NCBI GenBank assembly: GCA_038043525.1
Contig: JBBTBW010000006.1
Coordinates: forward strand, 77,442 to 141,441
Origin: Deltaproteobacteria bacterium
Lineage (GTDB): Bacteria; Desulfobacterota; GWC2-55-46
DNA: 64,000 nucleotides
Direction: 5' to 3'
Shown here piece after piece: positions 29,892 through 39,923 of the stretch (position 1 is its first letter; the number at the start of each line of letters is the position of its first letter). Under the pieces are notes generated by a model, which was not told the origin of the DNA, made no database searches, and was given only the letters and a program-made list of their open reading frames with translations. Both the position numbers and the translations under genes were made by a program.

Positions 29892-32723
29892 TCAGATGCT
29901 TGGGTCTTCGGCGGCTTTTTTCGCTTCTTCTACCCAGTGCCTTGCATGGTGCTTTAATATGGACTTGAAAAACTCGCTCTCAGGGTTTAGCATCTCGTAG
30001 ACCGTAACCGGGGTCGAGGCCTCGAACCCCTTGAATATGACCTCGCCTGCCTTTACGAAGCCTTCTATCTGTTCTATCCCCCTTACGACAACCACCCCGA
30101 ACCGAAACTCCAGCGTCTCAGATGGAAAGAAAAAAGCCTCTCTGATCGACTCGTCAAAATCACTTGTATCGACGGTCTTTTTGAAGAACATCTTCGTGCC
30201 GCGCGTCTCTCTTATGTATGCGTCAAGGGCGCTTTCGCTGAGCGCCTGCCCTTTGTTGTAGATGTCGGTAGACGCGCTTATGAGCCTCAGTGACGTGAAC
30301 GCTTCGCCGGCTATAATCTTCCCGAGGTCGCTTAAAAACTCGTTGGCCATCACCTTGGACATCGCCTTCGCGGTAGCGGGAGTCCCCCGCGAGATCAGCT
30401 TCTCGAAGGCGTTTTCAAGCTCGGGAGGCATCTTTACGGAATAGGTCCTGTCGATATATATGTCGAAAGGATATTTTTTTTCGTGTTTATTCTTGAATCT
30501 TTCGTTCTCCAGCAACATCTCTAGTTTTGCCCGTACAAGCGGGTTTCTGCTCGTCCCTCTGGCCGCCTCGTTGATCTTCTCTCCGATCGAGACCCTGGCC
30601 GGCTCAGTGAACCCGTGTTGCGCTTCGATGACCATCTCTTCGGCCTTTGCCCCGTATGATATGTAAAGGCCTGCCTCCAGCTCGCCTTGGATGGCCGCTT
30701 CGAGCTCGTCCCTGTAGATGTTCTCCAGCCTGTGCTCTTCTTCTCCAAGGGCTACGAGCCTTGATTCGACCACCGGCTCTTTCCTTTCGATCATGAAGTG
30801 CAGCTCGGCCCTTCTATTCTTGAGGTCCTGCTTGCGCGTTTCGAACCTTTTGTTGACCTCTTCAAGCTTTGCCTCGTCATTCGCAGGCGGTAGTTTCCTG
30901 ATGAGCTGGTCCCGGTAGTTACGCGTTATCTTCTGCAGGTCCCTTGCCAGGGCGACGAGATAGCTGACCCCTCCTGAGAATATGGCGGCGTCGCCCGGAA
31001 GGTTCGTGAGCCTAATGCCCCGCTCATCGGCTATTACACCCATGCCGACCTTGTAACCGCTGGCGGCCTTCAGGATAGGCTTGTAGAAGTGGTCCTTCAT
31101 GAACTCGGCCATCGCGATCTCTTTGACCTTGAGCGTCTTTCTCGTGAAGTCTTTCATGTCGATGAAGAGCTGGCCTTCTTCTTCAAGCTCGAGGGTCTTC
31201 AGAAATGGCCTGTCGTCCGTTGAAAACCTGTAAAGCCTGCCTCTGTTGTATTCTTCGAGGAGCATGTTGGCGCCAAACTCTCCCCTTCTGTCCGCCATGC
31301 ACAGGCGCATGGCGCTTGAGTACTTTTCAATGTGCTCATCAAGGCGGAACGCGTAAAAACCGGAGAGAAAACCGTGGAGGGCAGTGAACTCCTCTTTCCT
31401 TGGAGAGCGCAGGAGTCCGCCGAATACCGACCTTTTGAAAGAGGCGAGGTAGCGCTGGAATGCCGCTATGGATTCGCTCCCTGCCGGGTCCTTTACAAAC
31501 CTCTCTCGCACGTCATCGAGCGCTTTGGACAGGTTTGCCGTCTGCTTGGGTTCGGCGAGCAGATTCCTTATCAGGCGGTCCTCGCCGAGTACGGAGTAAA
31601 GTATGTCTCTTGCCTCGCTCCCGGGAATGTCGAGGTCCATCAGGTGCGCTATCGCCTCCTGTCTGAACCTGATGATCTCGCCCTGTTGTCTGAGAGCGTC
31701 GATGCACTCGGCGTCTTCGAGGATCCTTTCCGCGGACATCTTTATAAGGCCTGCCGCGCTCTCGGTATCATTGGAAAACTCCGAGCCGAAAGGCTCGATA
31801 AGGCTGTATATGGCGGCATTGATGCCGTAAGGATTCTGGGAGTTGGACAAGACGGTCGAGGGTATCGCCGCGAAAGCCCTTGGGGTGATCGCGGAGGTTA
31901 TCAGAAGTTCGGTCGATGGGTTGTAAAACGACGCTCCGGATTCCTTGAGCCTGGAGAAGAGATCGGCTACAGCCCCTGAAAACGCGAGGAAGAGCGACAT
32001 GCCAACGGCCAGGTCGATCTTTTCGTAGGTAAGCCCCTTTATCTTACAGCCCTTGATCCGTTCCTTTTTCTTCCGGAGCGTGCCTAATATGGAAAGGAGG
32101 GCGAGGTACGAGGTCTTTTCCTCGCCGGAGAAGCGAGCCTCTTCCTTGAGCGTCTTTTCAAATATGTCAGAGACCCACTTGATGAACTTTTTGCCGTGGC
32201 CTTCCGGTCCGAACCAGTTCAGGAGTATCGCGCTGTCGATGTACGGGACGGAGCAGATGATCTCGGAGGCGAGTTTTTTTTCGATAGACCCGGTGATGAA
32301 GATATCCGTCCGGTAGGTCTTGTCTTTGAGAGGTTGCGCGGTCTGAGAAAACGGCAGAGGCTGAGCGGCTCCTTCCATCAGCCCTTCGCTTGACCCCAAG
32401 CCTTCGTAGCGCTTGGCAAGCATGGCTATAAGGCTCGATATGGCGTTGTCTATGCAGGCTTCATCGTCCGCACCCATGTGGTACGGGACCTTCAGCTCTG
32501 CTATCGACTCGCCGTGCCTGAACCTCATCCGCGTCGGCTCAAGCATCCACGGCCTGCCGTTTACTATGTCCGCGCTCTTTTTAAGGAGCGTATCAAAGAG
32601 CGCCAGGCGCTCCCTGCTGTAATCTTCAGGCATGTCGATACCAGTTTTTGCGTTGGGTGGCGAACCATGCTGTCTCTTTTGATACAGCTTATAATACTTG
32701 TCTTTGTAAAGCAAGTTTGACAT
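29892..32723 (-). CDS. Large hypothetical protein (943 aa) with a central class-III nucleotidyl-cyclase-like palm domain interrupted by a coiled-coil insertion
   Basis: LFIDMKDFT (metal Asp 1), LPGDAAIFSGG (metal Asp 2) and, after about 100 aa of coiled coil, TEPARVSIGEKINEAARG. This last segment aligns to the cyclase YDVWGDTVNLASR motif. The N-terminal 500 aa and C-terminal 200 aa are unassigned. Confidence 0.5.
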   Translation of the reverse strand: MSNLLYKDKYYKLYQKRQHGSPPNAKTGIDMPEDYSRERLALFDTLLKKSADIVNGRPWMLEPTRMRFRHGESIAELKVPYHMGADDEACIDNAISSLIAMLAKRYEGLGSSEGLMEGAAQPLPFSQTAQPLKDKTYRTDIFITGSIEKKLASEIICSVPYIDSAILLNWFGPEGHGKKFIKWVSDIFEKTLKEEARFSGEEKTSYLALLSILGTLRKKKERIKGCKIKGLTYEKIDLAVGMSLFLAFSGAVADLFSRLKESGASFYNPSTELLITSAITPRAFAAIPSTVLSNSQNPYGINAAIYSLIEPFGSEFSNDTESAAGLIKMSAERILEDAECIDALRQQGEIIRFRQEAIAHLMDLDIPGSEARDILYSVLGEDRLIRNLLAEPKQTANLSKALDDVRERFVKDPAGSESIAAFQRYLASFKRSVFGGLLRSPRKEEFTALHGFLSGFYAFRLDEHIEKYSSAMRLCMADRRGEFGANMLLEEYNRGRLYRFSTDDRPFLKTLELEEEGQLFIDMKDFTRKTLKVKEIAMAEFMKDHFYKPILKAASGYKVGMGVIADERGIRLTNLPGDAAIFSGGVSYLVALARDLQKITRNYRDQLIRKLPPANDEAKLEEVNKRFETRKQDLKNRRAELHFMIERKEPVVESRLVALGEEEHRLENIYRDELEAAIQGELEAGLYISYGAKAEEMVIEAQHGFTEPARVSIGEKINEAARGTSRNPLVRAKLEMLLENERFKNKHEKKYPFDIYIDRTYSVKMPPELENAFEKLISRGTPATAKAMSKVMANEFLSDLGKIIAGEAFTSLRLISASTDIYNKGQALSESALDAYIRETRGTKMFFKKTVDTSDFDESIREAFFFPSETLEFRFGVVVVRGIEQIEGFVKAGEVIFKGFEASTPVTVYEMLNPESEFFKSILKHHARHWVEEAKKAAEDPSI

Positions 32724-33059
32724 GGGTTTATCCTTGTAAAACGCGGGGAAGGTAAGATAATATTAACCGCATTGACTCTCTTGCCGCTGTCGTTTGAATG
32801 CGGCCGGTCCCTGTCTTGCCGCATGGAGCGGATCTCGGCGGTCGCGGCGGCCTTCATCCGTAGAAGTGTAGAAGCGCAGAAGGTCCGGGTTGAGAGGTCT
32901 CAGCTATCGCGCCTGAGAGGAGGGTCTTTGCCGGATAGGGCCTTTACACTGTTTTTATCTTATCGCGTGCGATGGTTTTTTTGCGGTGACATCCGTCACC
33001 GCTCTTACGCCTTAAGGCGCAACAGGGTCATAGAACCCATTTGAAGAGACAGATGTGAT

Positions 33060-34859
33060 ATGAGCGGATACCAGCCCGGAAAGACCCGAATAAACCCATA
33101 CTCGGTCGCCTGCGCGTTTATACCGGTCGTACTGGCCTTTCTGGTCTATTACGGCTCGCTTGCTAACGGCTTTGTATATGATGACAACGAGCAGGTCCTG
33201 CGGAATCCCTGGATAACCTCCATCGGATATCTTGACGACATATTCCTCTCCGATTCTTTCGGTTTTTTCAAGGAGACCTTTCAGAAGGTCTCCTACCGTC
33301 CCATTATGTTTGTCGTATACATGGCGGAGTACGCAATGTTCGGTATCTCCCCCTGGGGGTGGCATCTGACAAATGTCCTTCTGCACGGCATAAACGGAAT
33401 GATGGTCTTCCTTGTCATATCCCGCCTGCTCGCTATGCGTGAAGACGGCGCAGGTTTGTCTTCTCCGGCAGTGTATCTGGCCCCGCTCGTCGGCGCTGCG
33501 GTCTTCGTCACGCTTCCGGTAAACGCCGAGGTTGTCTCATGGGTCGGCTGTGTGCCTGAGCTATCCTATACGCTCTTTCTGCTCGTAGCGTTCTACCTCT
33601 ACACGCTGGCGTGGCAGGGTCAGAGAAGTACTTTGCCTCACGTCCTGTCCGCAGTCTTCTTTTTTCTGGCCCTTTTGTCCAAGGAGACAGCCATCATATT
33701 CCCTGTCATGGTATTTCTCTATGACCTTGCGCGGGACCGCTACGAAGGCCTCTTTGCCTCAACGCGGATAGTGCGTTATCTGCCGATGGCGGCGGCCGTG
33801 GCCGTCTATCTTATTGTGAGGTCATACATCATAGGCGGGGTCGCAAGGTCGGGCGGCATTGATACTGGTGTCAGCGATTATCTCTATTTTATCAACGCGT
33901 TTCCGTTGTTCATCAATTATCTTACAGCCCTGGTTCTTCCTGTAAACGACTATCCGCTACAGGTCTTTGAGCCTTTTTTATCAGCGTCAGAGCCTATGGT
34001 TATTATCTCTGTCGTCCTTGTGCTTGCTTTTGCGGTCTTCGCGTTGATATTCAGGAGGCGGTTTTCAGCGCTCCATCTCTTCGCGGTTGTCTGCATCATA
34101 TTGCCTCTTTTGCCGGCACTGTACGTGCCGACCTTCAGCAGGACGCCTTTCGCCGACAGATACCTGTATTTTTCAACCTTCGGGTTCTCGCTCCTTGTCG
34201 CCATGGGAGCGCGTAGCGCCATGATGCACAGAGGCAGGCTTTATGCAGCCGTCCTGGTCTTTCTGCTGATCGTTCTCACCGTAGTCAACTCCGTATGGGC
34301 CGCAGGCAGGAGCCGTATATGGAAGGACGACGCAACTCTGTGGACTTTCGCCGCGAAAGGTTCTGAGAAAAATCATGTGGCCATCCATTCTCTCGGGTAT
34401 CTGGCCATGAAGGCCGGGCGCGTCGACGAGGCTATATCGTTCCTGGAGCGCTCGAAAAGGCTTAACAACGAGTCAAGTTTCCCTGACCGCACCCTTCTTA
34501 TAATGACGCAGAGTATCCTCGGCGCGGGTTATCAGAAAAAAGGTTTGCTCGACAAGGCGGTAAGTGAGTATAATGACGTATTGAGGTTTGCCCCTGAGGA
34601 CTCATTCGTCAACTACAACCTCGGGACGATATACCAGCAGCAGGGTTTTCTTGCCGACGCTGTGGACCTTTACATGACGGCGCTTCTTTTGACAGATGAC
34701 CCTGTCCACAGAAAAGAGATATATGCGAATCTTGGCGGCGCCTATGCTGATCTCGGCAAAAGGGCTGAGGCTCTTGACGCCTACTCTGAGGCGCTTAGAC
34801 TGGCTCCGGATGATCCTGTACTCAGGCAGGCGGCAGAAGGGATGCAGGGGCTGAGATAG
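33060..34859 (+). CDS. TMTC/PMT-like GT-C membrane protein with C-terminal TPR repeats
   Basis: The N-terminal FVYDD motif in the first loop and about 11 TM helices (DUF1736-like), followed by C-terminal TPR repeats. Confidence 0.65.
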   Translation: MSGYQPGKTRINPYSVACAFIPVVLAFLVYYGSLANGFVYDDNEQVLRNPWITSIGYLDDIFLSDSFGFFKETFQKVSYRPIMFVVYMAEYAMFGISPWGWHLTNVLLHGINGMMVFLVISRLLAMREDGAGLSSPAVYLAPLVGAAVFVTLPVNAEVVSWVGCVPELSYTLFLLVAFYLYTLAWQGQRSTLPHVLSAVFFFLALLSKETAIIFPVMVFLYDLARDRYEGLFASTRIVRYLPMAAAVAVYLIVRSYIIGGVARSGGIDTGVSDYLYFINAFPLFINYLTALVLPVNDYPLQVFEPFLSASEPMVIISVVLVLAFAVFALIFRRRFSALHLFAVVCIILPLLPALYVPTFSRTPFADRYLYFSTFGFSLLVAMGARSAMMHRGRLYAAVLVFLLIVLTVVNSVWAAGRSRIWKDDATLWTFAAKGSEKNHVAIHSLGYLAMKAGRVDEAISFLERSKRLNNESSFPDRTLLIMTQSILGAGYQKKGLLDKAVSEYNDVLRFAPEDSFVNYNLGTIYQQQGFLADAVDLYMTALLLTDDPVHRKEIYANLGGAYADLGKRAEALDAYSEALRLAPDDPVLRQAAEGMQGLR

Positions 34860-35005
34860 GGCGTAGGCACGCTACGTTATCCGGCCTCTTAAGATTATGT
34901 TATAATCAACAGATGCGGTTTGGAACCTGGCAAGACGGTTTGATAGTCCGGCGCTCGGGCGATTGAGTTTTAGAAAGACGCTATGCAGTATTTGCTATCC
35001 ATGTT

Positions 35006-35872
35006 TTGAGCGCGCATGAACGATTCATAAGGCTCATTGACATGGAATCTGCCGCAGGAAGGAAGATAGAAAGATCTATGGCTTCTATGAGAGAACAGCT
35101 CGTAAACATGTTTACAAGGATAATGGCCGGCACTGTCACTCGCGAAGAGGGGACGATGCTGATAAATCACCTTGTGCGCGCGAGCCAAGCCGAGGCGGTA
35201 AAGGAGCTCTCTGCCCTTATCGAGACCCCGCCTCCCGGGGTATTCCCGAAGACCATACTCCATACCGTCTCGCTTTCAAGGAACAAGGCCCTGCATAATA
35301 TCATAATCGCAGGGCTTGAACACAAGAACGAGGACGTCTCTATCCTGGCGGCTCAGGAGCTGGCAAGCCAGAAGACTGTCGAGGCGAAGAGCGTCCTTGT
35401 TGAGCATCTTGACAGCGAGGTCTATCATGTCAGAAAGGCGTCGGCGATAGCCCTTGCAAGGGGTTTTGCGGATGATGGCCTGGAGATACTAAAGAGGCAT
35501 CTGCTGGAGCATCAGGAGCCTTTTTTCAGATCGACAACCGCGCAGGCCCTTTTGATGGCAGGGAAAAACGGGGTGGAAACACTCTTGAGCATCCTTTCTA
35601 CCGGCAATACCGGCGCCATGGAGACAGTTTCCGAGGTACTAGTCTCCTCGAACGATGCCATCTCAAGCACTGACATCCCAAAGATCTTCGACGCGTTAAT
35701 GAAGGCAGGGGACAGAAAGGATTCATCTGCCGTTATTGCCTTGCTGAAGGTCGCAGGCTCCCTCGGGTACAGGGCCAAAGGCTATGAAGGTTTTGTGATG
35801 GCCTTTACCGACCATCAGTATGATGTGGTAAGAAAAGAAGCGAATAACGCTCTGAAGCATATCAGGGCGTAA
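35006..35872 (+). CDS. HEAT-repeat protein
   Basis: Repeated alpha-helical HEAT/PBS-lyase-like units. Confidence 0.5.
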   Translation: MSAHERFIRLIDMESAAGRKIERSMASMREQLVNMFTRIMAGTVTREEGTMLINHLVRASQAEAVKELSALIETPPPGVFPKTILHTVSLSRNKALHNIIIAGLEHKNEDVSILAAQELASQKTVEAKSVLVEHLDSEVYHVRKASAIALARGFADDGLEILKRHLLEHQEPFFRSTTAQALLMAGKNGVETLLSILSTGNTGAMETVSEVLVSSNDAISSTDIPKIFDALMKAGDRKDSSAVIALLKVAGSLGYRAKGYEGFVMAFTDHQYDVVRKEANNALKHIRA

Positions 35873-36692
35873 TACCTCTGTAGAGCGCTTCCAGCCTTTC
35901 GCTCGCGTTCTTGTGGGCAGGGTCTATGGCAAGGGCGCTCTGGTAGGCTGTGATCGCCTCCTGGTACATCCCGAGCTTTTCATATCCGGTCCCCATCAAA
36001 TTGTACGCCTCGACCATCTCCGGGTTCAGTCTTGCCGCCATTAACAGCTCGTCGACAGCCTCTTTTGTCCGCCCTTCTTTAAGATGCAGTTCGCCTATCA
36101 GCAGCCACGTCCCGGCCTCTTTCGGATCGTATTTGAGGGCGGCCGACAGATGCGCCTCGGCCTCACTGTTCCTGCCCAGGCTCAGGTACGCGCGCCCTGT
36201 GTTGGCGTGCGCTTTAGCGTACGACGGCTTGAGCCTGAGGGCCACGGCGTACATCTCCAGCGCGTCTTCATGCCTGCCAAGCCCGTAGTAAGCAAAGCCC
36301 AGATTGTTGTAAGCCAATGCAAGGTCAGGCTTTAGCGCTATCGCGATGGAGTATTCCCTGATAGCCTCATCAGTGCGGCCTTTTATCTGGTAGATCGCTC
36401 CGACATTGAAGTGCGCCTTTGCGTACCAGGGATACAGCTCGAGCGCGCGGAGGTTCTCTGCAAGCGCCATATCGAAGCTGCCTGTCTCGGCAAGCACAGT
36501 GGCATAGTTGTAGTGAGGGCGGGGTTTCTGAGGGGCCTTGCCTGTGTTGTCAGCCCATAGCCTTGCCGGACTGACCCATACTTCGTTCCTGCTGTGAGTC
36601 GCCCAGGCCAGAGCGGTCGAGATAATGAGCAGGATGATCGTCGGGTATATGGCGGCAGAGGTCCTGATGCTCACGTCCGGCCTCCTTGTCAT
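35862..36692 (-). CDS. TPR-repeat protein with an N-terminal membrane anchor
   Basis: N-terminal TM helix and at least six 34-residue TPR units. Confidence 0.7.
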   Translation of the reverse strand: MTRRPDVSIRTSAAIYPTIILLIISTALAWATHSRNEVWVSPARLWADNTGKAPQKPRPHYNYATVLAETGSFDMALAENLRALELYPWYAKAHFNVGAIYQIKGRTDEAIREYSIAIALKPDLALAYNNLGFAYYGLGRHEDALEMYAVALRLKPSYAKAHANTGRAYLSLGRNSEAEAHLSAALKYDPKEAGTWLLIGELHLKEGRTKEAVDELLMAARLNPEMVEAYNLMGTGYEKLGMYQEAITAYQSALAIDPAHKNASERLEALYRGITP

Positions 36693-36707
36693 AATCTGCG
36701 CGGCATG

Positions 36708-38639
36708 CTACAGGGACCTTGCGAATGATCTTGCGGCCTTGAACAGGTATATGTTCTCGTTGGAGTCCTGCATATTGGTCTCGTTCAGAATGTACCTGTG
36801 ATCAAGCGAGAAGAGCCATGCCCGGAGCGGATAGACCAGGCTGTTTTGAATGGTAGACGTCCTTGTGAGCTGCCTGTCTTCGCGTTTCTCCGATATGCTT
36901 GAATCAAACTTCCAGGCCATGAGACCTAAAAGAGGCCTGTTGTAACTCGCCCGATACATGGCGGTAGAAGACCTGTCGTTGCCGCCGGCGTATTCGCGCT
37001 CAGTGAGCCTGTATGAAGCGGATAGCTCAAGCGGGCCGCCAAAGAGCACGCTGTTTTGCGAGATGTTCACGCCCTCGGTATCTACGGTTATCCATCCGTT
37101 GGTATCATTGAAAGTCTTGAGGCGCTCGGCGAACCCGGTAAGCGCGGCTGTTTTGAAGAGGTTTGTGCTGGTATCGAGCCTGTATGACTCGGACCTCTGG
37201 TCCATGCCTTCGATCCAGCTTGATGTAGAGCTCTTGTTGGCGCTGCCTGAGACCGAAATATGCTCGACGAAGGCCTTGTTGAAGAAGCTGAGATTGTAGG
37301 TCCTGGTGTTCGTGTTCGTCTTTCCGGTCGTCGATTCGCTCTCGGAAAACGATGCCGACGTGTTAAATCCGATATATTTGTTGAAGTTTATATTGCCCAG
37401 GCTTACCCCGCCGCTTTGGCCTACGGCGGTGCCTTTCTCTTCTCCTACCTCTTCTTCGATGTACGTGCCGCCGTAGGATATGCCCAAAGACGTCCAACTG
37501 AAGGAATCGCCATAGCTGGCTGTTGTAGTGGATGAGAAGGTCTTGTAGTCGCTTGTATTGGTGGATGTGGAATCGCTGGAGTTTGTCTGGCTGTTATTGT
37601 AGTTGACGTTTTCGGAGAGGGATATCGTCCTAGTCAGCTTGTATGTGACGCCTCCGCTTGAGGAGTTGCCGGAAGACTTGCTCTGAGAGCTCTCTGTCTC
37701 GCTCTCGGACTTGTTAAACCCCACAGAGGCACTTGTAGACAGCTCTTTTGAGATGTTGTATGACATGTTTCCTGAATAGGTCGACCCGTTCATGCGCCCG
37801 TCGTCAGAGGTCTTGTAGGCAGAATAGGCATGATGCTGTTGGAAGTCCCTGCTAGGCGCGGAGTTTAGCGAGAAGGAGTAGCCTTCATGCGCTGATTCTC
37901 CGTTTCTGCTGTTCTGTGAGTCGCTCCTTGATCCTCCCGCAGAAAAGGATGTGTTTTTGGAGACTTTGGTTCCGTGGGTCGCGTTTATCTGCCGGGTTGA
38001 CGATCTGTCTCCGGAGCTTGACTTGCTCTCGTTTTTGCGCAGAAATACCTCGTTGGTCGTAGGTCCTATGTCCTTGTCGATGTTCAGGTTAGTAGCGGTA
38101 GTATTATTCTTTGAATTGGCTGATTCCGTCTCCGTGCTGTCGATGGTCAGCTGGAGCTTGGGGAGCTTGGTTGTAAGAAGACGCCACTCGAGCCCGTAGC
38201 CGGTGGTTGTGCCTTTATTCGTGCCGCCGCCGCTGCTGCTTGTGCTCTCTTTTCTTGTCCCGTGCAGGGTCAGCGGGATAGCGGAGTTCGGCAGGATCGT
38301 GGTCTTTACGCGATAGTCAATGTCATCGGTCTCCGTCTCGCTTCCGTTTGTGTCCTGGTTGACGGTTGTGTAAGTAACATTGGCGTCGTATATGAAGACC
38401 TTTCGGGAGACAAGGTTCCCTATAGTGTCAAGCTTATAGCGTTCCGTGAAGTGTGAGTTCTTTGTTTTGTACTGGTCGGTGATGAAGTTTGCTTTTTCGT
38501 ATTCCAGGTATATAGTGCCGGTAAGCGTCCTGTATAAGTAGGGATCCTCTTCGACGCTTAAGCCTTTTGCGGGATAAAAAAGCACCGACGCAAAGGCGGC
38601 TAGAAGCGTTGCCAAATATGTCCATCTGCCGCGGAACAT
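36708..38639 (-). CDS. Secreted Ser/Thr/Asn-rich protein, putative outer-membrane beta-barrel
   Basis: Signal peptide, extreme S/T/N/G bias, alternating hydrophobic patterns typical of amphipathic beta strands, and aromatic residues near the C-terminus. Confidence 0.4.
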   Translation of the reverse strand: MFRGRWTYLATLLAAFASVLFYPAKGLSVEEDPYLYRTLTGTIYLEYEKANFITDQYKTKNSHFTERYKLDTIGNLVSRKVFIYDANVTYTTVNQDTNGSETETDDIDYRVKTTILPNSAIPLTLHGTRKESTSSSGGGTNKGTTTGYGLEWRLLTTKLPKLQLTIDSTETESANSKNNTTATNLNIDKDIGPTTNEVFLRKNESKSSSGDRSSTRQINATHGTKVSKNTSFSAGGSRSDSQNSRNGESAHEGYSFSLNSAPSRDFQQHHAYSAYKTSDDGRMNGSTYSGNMSYNISKELSTSASVGFNKSESETESSQSKSSGNSSSGGVTYKLTRTISLSENVNYNNSQTNSSDSTSTNTSDYKTFSSTTTASYGDSFSWTSLGISYGGTYIEEEVGEEKGTAVGQSGGVSLGNINFNKYIGFNTSASFSESESTTGKTNTNTRTYNLSFFNKAFVEHISVSGSANKSSTSSWIEGMDQRSESYRLDTSTNLFKTAALTGFAERLKTFNDTNGWITVDTEGVNISQNSVLFGGPLELSASYRLTEREYAGGNDRSSTAMYRASYNRPLLGLMAWKFDSSISEKREDRQLTRTSTIQNSLVYPLRAWLFSLDHRYILNETNMQDSNENIYLFKAARSFARSL

Positions 38640-38911
38640 GATCTGAGGTGCGGTCCTTTTGAATAGTTGTAGTAGCAGGCTGCCGAATGAACTTCGACTG
38701 CTTGGCTGGCATCAAATCTCGTTGCCGCTGCGTATACATGGATACGCAGCCTGACCTGCTTCCGGACGCCGCGCATCCGGAGCTTTTTAAGTTGCCTGAA
38801 CAGAACCTGATTTTTTCAGCAAAACGTCAGAGTGATCATAATAGATGTATGCCGGTATCACACCGGCCGCGCGCATCGGGGTAGTACCCGATGCGTTAAT
38901 GATCTCAAGTC

Positions 38912-39727
38912 TTATTTCGACCAGGCGCAACGGAAGCCGACGTCATCGAAGAGGCCTTCCGGTGGGGCGGCGTTCCTGAACGCTGTCCGCACATATACCT
39001 GAAGGTTGTAGTGTCCCATGCCACCCCAGCCGCCGCCGCGCACGACCTTGAACTTCTCGCCGTAGTCCTTGTCGTTAAAGTCGTTTCCGGGATACTGCTT
39101 GTACCAGTCGGAGGTCCATTCCTGCGCGTTTCCGGCCATGTCAAGGAGACCGTACGGGCTCTTGCCTTCTGTGAAAGTACCTACGGGAGTCGTCCCTCCG
39201 TAGGCGCCAAGCGTGTTTACTTTTTTGTCATCGAATTCCGCGCCCCACGGGAACCTGTTGCCGTCAGTACCTCTGGCGGCCTTTTCCCATTCAAGCTCGG
39301 TCGGCAGGCGCTTGCCTTTCCACTGGCAGTAGTCCTGAGCGTCGTACCAGCTGACAAGGATCACAGGGTGGTCGGCGATCTGCGCCGGGTATCCGTTAGC
39401 CCATCCAGCCGGGAGCCTGTGGCTGGTCTTGTCTGCGAACTCCTTGTACATGGCGTTCGTCACTTCAGTCTTATCTATGTAGAACTCGCCTATCGACTCT
39501 TTCCTCTCAGGCCTCTCGTTTGCGTACCAAGGCCGCCTGTCGCCGTACTGGAGCGCCTTTGCCTCTTTATCTACCTCGTTGCTGCCTACGATAGCATCGC
39601 CCTTTGGGATCTGTATCATGTCCTGAGGCGGTTTCTTGCATCCGAACGGCAGAAGAAGTATTGCGGATAGGAAGAGTATTTTAAGGCCTGTCCTTCCAGC
39701 GATAGACTGCATTATTGAGACCTCCAT
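38912..39727 (-). CDS. FGE-sulfatase (SUMF1/EgtB/PvdO) domain lipoprotein
   Basis: WYDAQDYCQWKGKRLPTELEWEKAARG...RGGGW matches the FGE-sulfatase domain signature. N-terminal lipobox PFGC. Confidence 0.75.
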   Translation of the reverse strand: MEVSIMQSIAGRTGLKILFLSAILLLPFGCKKPPQDMIQIPKGDAIVGSNEVDKEAKALQYGDRRPWYANERPERKESIGEFYIDKTEVTNAMYKEFADKTSHRLPAGWANGYPAQIADHPVILVSWYDAQDYCQWKGKRLPTELEWEKAARGTDGNRFPWGAEFDDKKVNTLGAYGGTTPVGTFTEGKSPYGLLDMAGNAQEWTSDWYKQYPGNDFNDKDYGEKFKVVRGGGWGGMGHYNLQVYVRTAFRNAAPPEGLFDDVGFRCAWSK

Positions 39728-39923
39728 GGGAATATTGCATATTGAGATACGATCCGGCGAAGCCTGCGACAGGTAGCCGCAAAGGCCCTGAGCTCATTGG
39801 TTTTTACCCGCGTTCAGGCGGCTTTAATGCCCTCATCTCTTGCCCTCCTTAAAAAGAGGGCAGGGGACGGCGCTTGTTTCGCGTCGTAAAAACCTCTGTG
39901 GCCGGATAGAGTGCGCGCCTTAT

